Assembly: GCA_051362555.1 (NCBI GenBank)
Contig: CM120640.1
Span: forward strand, 65,326,788 to 65,390,787
Reading direction: 5' to 3'
DNA from: Lingula anatina
Lineage: Eukaryota; Animalia; Brachiopoda
DNA: 64,000 bases
Positions 1-11,105 of the stretch are shown piece by piece (position 1 is the stretch's first letter; every line of letters begins with the position of its first letter). A program made the translations under genes and the position numbers. The notes beneath the pieces were generated by a model that had not been told where the DNA came from, made no database searches, and worked only from the letters and a program-made list of their open reading frames with translations.

Positions 1-602
1 TACCTCTATATTTAAATGTTGAGTTAAAGACGAAAAATAAAACAAACTGTAAAATGCACAGCAGGAAAAACAGTTACGTGCTGTCTGTCCTTATATAATG
101 TCCTTACATCAACTTAGCTATAACTTTCATCACAGTCAATTGCTTCATTTCTCCCATTTCAATCAAGTTAATAACAGCAAAATACAATATAAAGCAATTT
201 TTAGTTACAGAATCACAACAAAAATAGCAAAAATTACACAAATAAAGCCCCACTGTGTTAACAAGATACTTTGCACCTCTACAACAACCGAATAATGTTA
301 ATTAAAAACAAAAAAATATTGTTTCGAGACATCTTCATATCTTGTTTTATCGCCAACCTTAACTCTCAGAGCAAAACTATGCTGCTAGAACCTTACAATA
401 CAAAATCTACATTATAAATCACAATCACCTGTTGCCATTACTCATCACCTGGAACATATAACACATTTGTATATTAAATAAGAAAATAAATCATAACAAT
501 ATATATATATATGACAACTCTGATTAACTGATATCCTGTTTTATGAGCTCTTAAAGACTGACACCAAAGTCTCACAAACCTCTAATTTCCACAGAGTATA
601 TA

Positions 603-2215
603 TTTATTTACGAGTTGCAACCCTCTGAAGTTTGATTAATATGTAAATGTATTTTACAAGTTACAAATAGTTTGAGCAAACCAGACACTGACCTACAAAT
701 TATTGATGCAAATATTAGCAATCTAACTTTCAATGACGCCAACAATTCACTATAAAGGACTCTTAAGATGAAAAAGGTCAATTCTCAAGGCACTGAAAGC
801 AAGTGTTACAAGCTTCATTCAGATACAACTTACAGTAACAAAAAGTTTACATGCAATGAGCATAAATTACCAACAATATTACAAGTTCCTGAACTGGACT
901 GGCAATGGGTACCTGGTAGCACATGATGACTGACAAAGAAAGTTTGTTACATCATTTTCTTACATCAAGTGCACTCTGAGGGAGAGCAACGTGAAAACAC
1001 ATATTGCTACTACTGGCCACAGGGAAATAAAAAACAACATATAAACTTTGTTTGATGAAAACATAGGTTGACTTGGTATATATGGTTCATTGCAATATAC
1101 TGGCTCTTCCATCAAATTAGTAAAACCATGACTTAGAGGTAAAGCTTGAATTCGAGCTTGATATGAAAAATAATATCAAGTTAAGAGAATTGCTAGTAGA
1201 TCCATTGCAGTTATAGCAAAAAATAATAGAAGACTACAGATAAAGTTACCCAATTAGAAAAATATTAAAATCAATTTTACTGGCCTTATCTATACATCAA
1301 AATAGATTTTTGAATTTTCAACAAAGTATCCAAGACTTGAAATAGCACCAAGCCTTTGTTACAAGCAAAAAAAATAAATAAATAAATAAAAAATAAAAAA
1401 AGCTCTTTACTACATAAACAATATATAACATAAAATCAACAACATCAAATCTAACAGTAAGTGGCATATCTTAGCTGACAACATACTGGCCACTGTCTCC
1501 TTGTTCATCTGCTGTACAAATTACAACTAATTTTTTTGTGAAAAAATACATTAATCACAATAATATTCAGTCACTGAAATACCCCCCAAAACGATAACAA
1601 TATGAGACAATTTTAAAGTGAAATGCTACTGAATGCACATGAAAAAAAAAAAAAAAGAAGATATTAAATACATAAACATGCACAACCTGATTAGCCAGTC
1701 ATAATGGTGGCTTAATAATATAAGCATAATTATTTACAGTTAATTACTGCCTAGTTATGGGAATGGCAATATATGAATAGAAGAAAACATTTCTTTCATG
1801 GACTGGGAGCTAGGGGAATTAGCGACCTAAAAGTAGGTTTAATCATCACAATCTTTTTGATAAATGGCACATACAATACCTATGTGCTGGAATACAGAAC
1901 CATGAATAAATTAGACTCAAAGGTCAGTAATATGACTGGGCTCTATGAATGAATATTTCAAATTAATTCTGATTTGCTTAACCTAAAAGCAATAATGCAC
2001 AAAGAATGCTCAATACTAGATCAAAAACTATATCCAATGGGTTGCCCAGATGGAAACATAATATCCCGTTAGTCTCTGTACAAATGCATCAGAAAACAAC
2101 ATTTACAAAGGAACACAGAGAAATTTATATTTGTGTATATTCTATGGCAACAATATGGGCACTGGCACATTATACAAAATCGAGTAAAAATTTCATTTTT
2201 TTTAAACATTCCCTG
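603..2215 (-). other. Putative 3' UTR with candidate AATAAA at 603-608
   Basis: U-rich on the minus strand after the stop; the true end is not determined. Confidence 0.45.
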
Positions 2216-3451
2216 TTAGCAGTTGGCTACATATCCACTGGGGCAAGTGATTCCATTGGTGATGATATCCTCCTGTGTGACATAACCAGATCCCAGGGTT
2301 GTTGAGAAAAGCGGAGGAGGCTGATCTGTTACTTGACAGCCATCTTGGAAGTTACCACCACTGCAGCATGTGGAGTTAGAAGAGTTGTCTAGCAATGGAG
2401 ATGCTGCCTCGCAGTCTTCACTTTCACTGAGATCCTGGAGAGGTGGAGGGCTTGGGGAGGGGTGCTGGGACAAAAGGGGAATGTTAGCATGGGCACACTC
2501 TTCCTCCTCATCTTCTTCTGCCACCTTTTCATCTTCCTTACTGTTCTCTCTGTACCATCCACTCTGCTGGCTATCACTTTGCCAAGACTCCTGGTCACCC
2601 TCTGAACCCAAATCACCATCTCGGATACCCTTACCCTGGCCATTCTCTGACTGAGTGTCTTTACCTTCACCAACGCCCACATCTGGGTCAGCATCAGTTC
2701 CTTTCATAGCCTCACCAAGGCCAAACTGAGAGTATCCCATCCCTGATGAACTGCTTTCTGAAATTGTGCTTTTTTGTGCTGACTTCTTGGCACTCTCTTC
2801 CTTACACTCAATCTCGGGGCGATTTGTAGATGGGGTTTTGGCCATACCCACATTGGCAAGGTTCTTTGATTTGGAATGTAATTCAAGCCTGTTATCTTCT
2901 CCCTGGCCTCCTCTTGCTGTGAGGGGTATGCCGTTGGCTAACACTAACTGGGCATGTGCCACTATTACTTCAGGCTGATGGACAGGGATGACACTAGTGC
3001 AAAGCTTCCGTTTCTCTTTTTCATTTTGAGGTCGTTGTTTCTCCATCTGACCATCTTCCATGCCTCTATCCTTGTGCTGCTGGCCAGTCAGGCTGTTCAC
3101 GGCCATCTTGGAATAGTAGTAATCTGAGCTGCTGCCATTCCCACTGTCGCTGGAGATACTACGTACTGGAGACAGCTGCTTGCCTGGGTTGGTCAATTTC
3201 TTTAGCTCTGCAGCATCCTTCATTTTATCTTCTTCATCTAAATAATCCAAGTAATCCTGGTCACCTAAAGGTGTCACCACTTCCTCCTGACCTTCTCCCG
3301 TCTCTTGTATGGTGTCCAGGGAGCTAGATTCACTGCCATGGGCACTATTACCAGAGCTATTGAAACTGAATCGGCGCTCTTGCTCACTCACTGGGCTTGG
3401 AGTGAATATGCCACTGTCAATACTGTTTTGCTTCATGAACTTGACAAGGTC
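2216..3451 (-). CDS. Coding exon 19 (terminal): 411-aa acidic, Ser-rich cytoplasmic tail
   Basis: ttttacttccag|GAC phase 0; open to TAA at 2216; contains DSGIFT, DSGNGS, GYVTQ. Confidence 0.92.
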   Translation of the reverse strand, partial: DLVKFMKQNSIDSGIFTPSPVSEQERRFSFNSSGNSAHGSESSSLDTIQETGEGQEEVVTPLGDQDYLDYLDEEDKMKDAAELKKLTNPGKQLSPVRSISSDSGNGSSSDYYYSKMAVNSLTGQQHKDRGMEDGQMEKQRPQNEKEKRKLCTSVIPVHQPEVIVAHAQLVLANGIPLTARGGQGEDNRLELHSKSKNLANVGMAKTPSTNRPEIECKEESAKKSAQKSTISESSSSGMGYSQFGLGEAMKGTDADPDVGVGEGKDTQSENGQGKGIRDGDLGSEGDQESWQSDSQQSGWYRENSKEDEKVAEEDEEEECAHANIPLLSQHPSPSPPPLQDLSESEDCEAASPLLDNSSNSTCCSGGNFQDGCQVTDQPPPLFSTTLGSGYVTQEDIITNGITCPSGYVANC

Positions 3452-6400
3452 CTGGAAGTAAAACTGGATTGTCACATTCCAGATCACTGACAGAATTAAA
3501 ATCTGTCAGTGAGTTCAATTGCTAATGTTGTTCATCAATAAATAAATCATTTCTCTAAAATGTGAAAAATTATTTATCCAAGTAATGATTTATAACAGCT
3601 GGTGTCCTGTCTCTACCCAGACAGCCTCAGTGATCTGGCCCACGTCTGGCCCAGATCTGGCAACGTCTGGCAATGTCTGGCAAAAGGTATGGCCCACGTA
3701 TGGCTTGCCACATGTGGGCCAGATGTGGCAATGTTTGGGCCAGATCTGGCCCAGACATTGCCACATCTGGCCCAGTCCACATTTGCTCATATGGCCAGAT
3801 GTCGGCCCAGATCTGGCAATATCTGGCAAATGTATGGCATGCCAGATGTGGGCCAGATGTGGGCCAGATCATATTCAAATGGGCCAGATTAGGGCCAGAC
3901 ATGGACCACATATGGCCCAGAATGTTTTTTTTTTCTTTTTTTTAATTATTTTTAATTATTCAATAAGATTACTATAAAAAAGACATACAAGATTCAAGAT
4001 TCAAGTATTTATTCTGTGCTAAAACCCTAAACAAAATTATTACACATTATATAACCTTGCTGGCAACTAACATGTAACAAATTAAGGGTCACTCCTTGTC
4101 TTTTTGTACAAAACAATGTATATTTGAAAAAAAAAAAAAAAAAAACTACACTGCAAAAAGGTAAATATACAGACACTTAACAGGAGGAAATGTCACTTAC
4201 ATACATGTAAAGAAAACAGTTATAACAATTTTTTTTTCAACACAAAGCTGCTCATCGAATCCGAATTAACACAAATTACAAAAATTGTAATTAATTATGC
4301 ATGTACATGGGGGAGGGGTTTGAGGGGGAAATATTTTTGCACACATTGTCATTTTTAAACTAATTCAAACATATCATTAATAATAATAATCACTAATGAA
4401 TATAGTTTTATAATGAATAAATCTTGAATAATGAATGAAAAAACATTGTTTTTTTAGATGATGGTGAGTTATAACAAAATTATAAATAACCATGCAGTAA
4501 CTGTTTCAATTCAACTTGCATGCTGGCTACAGTACTGTATGTACATGTAAATTCTGAAAAAAAAAATATGTATACTCCAGCACAGATATAGATGTACAAT
4601 TAAAAGAGAATTACATGTGCACAAAAACAAACCCCAGTATCAATGCTTTTGAATTAAATCACATCATGAATCAAATCACTCAATGAATTGAACCAGTTTG
4701 CAATGTTTGCGCTTTTTTCAAATCCATAACACTAAGAAATGATACATCCGGCTCCTTGACAAGCTTATAATTATTAATGGAATCAACAATATGGAACAAG
4801 TAACTCTACCAAGTTAACAACAGTTCATTCAAATGTCAAGTCAAAACACAACATCCCTTCCTTTCTTGGACAGAAACGGTCCTTTCAAAACATGTTTATT
4901 GACAGTTCAGTCTTTAAAATGTCCTTTCAAACATTTGCAGAATAGCATATGAACTCCAACTTTTATTCCTTAAACCACACTGAAAATTCTCAAAACTTAT
5001 CAACTCATATCAAATCCCATGTCCTTTCACTACTACTGGTCTCTTCCTTTACGTCACATTCAAATGTTCCCTTCACTTTTAAAGGTTTCTCAGACGTGTA
5101 TGAATAATACTGTTTGTTTTCTAGTCCTCCACAAGAGCCACATTTATTTTTCTTGGATTTCAGCATTCTCCATGTATTTTCATCAATGATATTACAATAT
5201 GCACCTGAATCTGGTAATACACTGAGATTAACACCGCCTCTATTTCCTCCATGTCTTCTGTGTATATTGCATTGGTTCCCACACCAAATGTATATGCACT
5301 CCTGGATTATCATGTTCAAAGCTGTCATTTACATGAATAATAGTTTCAGTTTTGCAGACTTTTGCAAAGTGATCCAACGTTCCATGTTTTCTCAGTCAGG
5401 GAGTTTCTACTTCGTTTTTCATGTCTAAACTCGTAATGTTTAGACTGGCTTGGTTTGTCAAATGACTTCGGTTTCATCATACTCACAGTTTCTGGTGTTC
5501 CAATTTCATTCAAAGCGTTAACTGTCTAATGTATATTCATGTTTCTAACCTGTGTTTGGGAGAGTCCTGAAAATATCTTGTACACCTGTCCCTGCTGAAT
5601 ACAACATAAGCGCGCGTCTCCTCTGTCATGTATTTTTAATTTTCTATCTTTGTTCATTATTCATGCCGTCCGTTGGTTTTGAAAAGATCAATCTTTTCCG
5701 TCAGCGAAGAGGTTAAAACTGTCTAGCCATCGCGTCGAGCGTGACCCTAATGTCTCCGGACTTCTGTACGGTTCGAATTCCGTAATTTCACATTTTTCCT
5801 CCATTTTTTCAAAGAAAGTTGGCTCACAGTTTTGCACTAGTGTTAATCCTCGTCGCCAGTGTTGATGCCTTCGAAATAAATCGCATCACGAATCAAATCA
5901 CTCAACGAATTGTATCAGTTTGATACGTGCTTTTTTCACATCCATAACTCTAAGAAACGCTACATCCGGGTCCTTGACCGGCTTAGCATAAAAAGCGGAA
6001 TCTTACAACAGCGGAACGAGTAGTTCAAAAAAGTTTTAGAACAGTGAATTCATTCAAATGTCAAGTCAAATTAAACAAATAGCACACTTATGAGGGGACT
6101 TTGAAGAAAAGAGAGAGAGATAAATTAAATCAAAATTTATCAAATGACGTCAGTTCAATGCATTCAGCTCACTGGTCAATAAAAAATAAATAAATAGAAA
6201 ATAAAAATTGAAAATGAAAGTACCATATCTGGCCCAAGTCTGGGCAGCATCTGGCAAAATGTGGCATAAATGCCAGACTTTGCCAGACTTGGCCCAGATC
6301 TGGCAAGTGTCTGGCAAAATGTGGCATAAATGCCAGACTTTGCCAGACTTGGCCCAGATCTGGCAAGTGTCTGGCAAAATCTGGCCCAGATATTGCCAGA

Positions 6401-9400
6401 CGTTGCCAGATCTGGGCCAGACGTGGGCCAGATTACTGAGGCTGTCTGGGTATATAGCACCAACAGTTATTGCATGTACTACAACAAGATTGATTATTAT
6501 ACAATAAGATGATTATTTTACAAAAACATACCAAATCACTGAAGCCAAGTTTGCCTTCATCTATTTCTGACATCAAGAACTTTGAATTGTTGTTATAGTT
6601 TCCACTGTCATAATCAAAGTGATCATCAATCTGTAAACAGAGAGTTAAAAACTGCACAAAAATGTAAATATTGTGTTCTATACCACAAGTTGTCTACAAT
6701 GACATGCACAACAAGGTGTTTGTAGAAAGGCTTATGACTAAGAAGGTAATTTCACAGAAACAATAAGAATATTGTAAAATTAACTTTTGATACTTATACA
6801 ACAAAAGAAGATTCCCATTTACTCAGTTAATTTAAATGTATGGTCAGGGTAATGATGTAGTTTAAGCACCAAACCGAAGATAAAAGGCTAGGAGTAAAAC
6901 TATAGACTACTTTGACCAAAGATATAGTCAATAGTAATTCACATAAATTAAATATTGCACCCTTTTTATAACAATAAATAAATGGTTTCTGTTTTAGACT
7001 ATAATAGATCACTCTACTTTGGAGAACTATTGCACATGTATTCTGAATTGAAGCAGACTAAAACTGTGGTCATAGAGTTATTTTGTTAAGCTGGCCCAGT
7101 ACATTCATACTCTTGTCTACTTACACTGATAGGGGGTGGGAGCTCAGGTATCTCTTCTGGTGGGATGGTCAGCTTCTTCTTACAAAATGCACTTGTTCTG
7201 ATGAAGCGGCAAATATAAAAATTATTTATATGTTGAAATTTAATTTCAAAGGAAAGCCACAATTATGACCATGCACCCAGTTCAGCATATAAAGTCATAC
7301 CAGTACATGCAATAAAGGCGGATATCTTTACAGACTTGGTGACACCTGCTGACTTCATGTGATCTGTACAATGTAAGCTGGATGGAAAACTGGACATACA
7401 TGTAGAGCATGTGTATATTTTTTTAATAAGTCCACATCATTAACTGATCATAATCAAACTAATAAATTGACAGCAAAAGCTGCCAGATGCCTAAACTTCC
7501 ATGCTTCAACTTTAACATTACTATTCAATTACCAAAAGATTTAAAACTAAGACTTAGCACAAGTAAAATGCAATTAGTTCTAAAAATATCTTAATTAGTA
7601 CCATTTCAGATATAGTGATTCAGATGTGGAAAATTTCAGACACTAGTTATGGTTATATCCAGTTAATATATTTACAACACTTTGTGCCTTAAAAACAATT
7701 ATAAAAAATTTATCTGTAAAAATGCTTACCTGTAAACCATGAAGATGAGGAAGGCGATGCAAACGCCCCCTATGATACATCCAGCTACAATTCCACCCAC
7801 TACGCCATCTGGCAGTCCTGGAAAAAGTACACAAACATTACAATTTTTCCTTATATAATTCAATTAAAAATAAATATAACAGTATCAATTTTTGCTGATA
7901 GGACACAGAAACATGAAAACGCTCATGTGTGCAAACATACAGGGTAGAGACTCAATATTTGACTACTGTGCATGGCCGTCTTCTAAACTAGTATATAACA
8001 GTATACAATACCTCTATCTGGAGCATAAGCATCCCTATGGAGGCATTCTTGTAAACCAACTCAAATTCATGTTGGTTAACCAACATAATTACTTTTAACA
8101 AATGTACCTGGTTAGAGGGGAATTTTATAAAATTGTGGTTTCAATTAAAAACCATAAAAGGCCACATTCTTATGCAAAATGACAGAAAGTTATGTTCTCT
8201 TTGTTTTTGGTTTTTTAATGAGACCACAAATATTTCTCTCTACCCCTCAAGGATCTTTCGAATATATATAGTTTGGTTATTCACAGTTGACCTAATTCCT
8301 GAGCTCATACAGGCATGACAAAGTTTTCTATGAAACACAAAAGTGAAAGCTTCAAAGCAGTTATTGCAGAATATACAAGTCACCCAAACAAATTTGGGTC
8401 ATATACTCCTGGAATGTCTTGAAACTATGGCATTTTTTTTTACCACAGTATACTATGTGGTAAATATATTATACAGATCAAATTTTACTTGACATATATG
8501 TAATAATTGCATGGACACTCAGAAATTAGCAAAGTAAACCTTACATAAATCACCCTTGCATAAATGCAACACCTCTATGCTTTATCTTCTAAAGAAGCAT
8601 ATTCCATCCACACTATCAGTATCAGACCACTTTATCACATTAAGTAGAGACTCAGTGCAGTCCTAAATGCTTGCTGCTAGGGTCAGTTTCTAAGTATTGA
8701 TTTCTTTAGCTTCCCACAATTGCATCTTGTCCAAGGTTAGGATATTAACAAGGAACAATGTTCTGCTTGCAGCCTGTGTAATGGAACGTGCACTTTGCTA
8801 ACATTTAAAAAGATGTTGCAGCTGGTTTTCCTGGTACTGAGCTTGTGCAAAATTCTCAGAATTTCCAAGTTTAGGGAATTGTGGGTAGACACCAGGCGAT
8901 ACACGAGCATCCTGCGGGGATAAAACCTACATGACAAAATTTTGGTTATTGCTATTGGCAGTGGCAGACCAATTTATGTCAAAAAAAAAAAAACCACAGT
9001 AATGTTTGCTTTCTAGGAAAATGTCAAAAGGTCAAGCATTTAAATAAAAAAAATAAATAAATCACAAAAGAAAATAGAAATTCTGAGAAAAGCCTGCTTT
9101 AACCTGCCCATAAATGAAACAATTACTCAATAGTTCAAGGAAATAAAAGTTAGGAAATCAAGATCATTTTATGCTACTGCTCAGTACTTGAAATGGACTT
9201 TTTGGATGAGGTTTTCCAAGAAATTTATATGCCAGCGTTAAGTGGCATGTACTCCTTGACACTACTAATATATTCCCCTGGCCAATTCAGGCTGTTTTCA
9301 ATGCTGTTTGTGACAGGGAAATCTTGACAACAAAACACTTCTCAATTTAATATTACTACCATTTTATTATAACAAACTACACGTAAACACACTGGAGAGA

Positions 9401-11067
9401 AAGGGAAGAACCTGGCATCAGTAAACTGCTTGTACATGTAGAAGGGATTATTTTCACAACACTTCACTACTATGACCTCTGACTGCATTAAAAAAATCAA
9501 ATGATACTTTTTATCAAAATTTAGATTGGGATGTTTGTAATGGTGTCTATGAAAATGAAATCATTCATCAGAGAAAAGGCAATAACAGACCATGTTTAAC
9601 ATACATTTGTTTCATATCAGCCACAGTGACTTATTTTCCATAAGTAAAGGGACACAGAAATTGAAATTTATTCAGCAATACTAAAATGGTAGCACTAGAA
9701 GTAGCTCATCCTTCGAAAGTTGAAAAAAATCTACTTAATAACCTCTCTCAAACCCACCAAACTTCCTTCTCAAATCTAATTGAAATGAATTCAAGCCCCC
9801 AGAGTAAGCAGAGCTGGCATACAAAGGAGACAATTATCTTGCTCAGTAACAAAGGAACCTACAAAGGCATAATTCAAAGTGACATAGACTAACATGAGCC
9901 AATTTCAAAGGGAAATAACCTTCTCTGTGTGACAGCGTTTTTGTGGAACTCTATGCGGAAAACCTATTTCAATTTTATTTAAATATGGATAGCACATCTA
10001 CATACAATATGAGCTTAATTTGTCTTCTACTTTTACCTAGTTAAATCATTCTCTTACATCCTTAGCTTATACTGGTATGTACCCTAGCAGTGCAGTTATT
10101 TCTTTTAAATAACTGAATGGATTATAGTGTAGGTCTAAGGTTTCACATGGGGAACATTTTGGTTTTAAAAAAATTAATGCCATAACTGGGAAGGAAAAGT
10201 ATGTATTAGAAAATGCATTATTTTTTGTCACTTTATCCCAATGAAACTATCGTTCTACAAAGATCGACCCAAATTTGTAGGGTCTCTCACTGAATGTAAT
10301 CAGATAACATCCCTTCTTTTGTCTGCAACAAGCTTGTATAATCACCAACTTTTCTGTATTCTACTCAAAGCCAGGAGGAGGGGCATTAATCTGTTTATCT
10401 GACTGCATTCAGCATGAATCCCCATGGAGTTGGATCGATCTATGTAGAATGACCATTTCACTCCGAATAAGCCCATGACAGTTCCTGGAGGAAAACCATA
10501 TTTTTCCAAGGTGGATCCAAAGATATTTTCTGACAGTTTTCCAAATTATCTTCATTGTTCCATCCTCCATTTTTGACTGTCTTCCGACAGAAAAAATTAG
10601 ATATCCGTCAATGAAAACTTGGAAATCTGACCATCTTCTGGAAGATCCAGAAGACGGCCTAAATCCGCCCCTGATTTCCTGGAACCCAGACCATGACTTC
10701 ATACTGCTCATGTGACAGTAACTCTAGTCTCATCCTATATCTTAAGTGCCATTCTGCCACTTGCGTTATCATATTGCATGGAAAGGAACTACACAAACAA
10801 GTGACAGGAATAAGCCACATGTCACTGAATGTGCAGTAAGGTTTAAATGCACAAGCAGGAAAAACTGATTCCTACATATTTCGCGGACTTATCCAGAAGA
10901 GATCTGGATGCATATTAAAACTTGTTTTGCAAATTTTTACCTTACCTAAACTTATGTTTCTTTGAACAAATGAGCCTCATACAGGCCATGCAGATTCAAA
11001 TTTTAGCTTACCCACAGTGTTCTTAATTGCTCCCCATCACTCCCCCCCCCCCCCCAAAAAAAAAAAT

Positions 11068-11105
<38 letters not shown>

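Noticed and set aside
1372-1392. Overlapping AUUUA pentamers in the 3' UTR
   Set aside because: The same (TAAA)n repeat is common in introns here, so there is no specific support for an ARE.
2006-3490. Plus-strand and alternative-frame ORFs over the terminal exon
   Set aside because: Shadow ORFs of the real coding exon.
3585-3977. Overlapping repetitive ORFs (WARSGPD-like) on both strands, also at 6150-6512
   Set aside because: They are translations of 11-bp transposon subterminal repeats. Not genes, and not a CRISPR array because there are no unique spacers.
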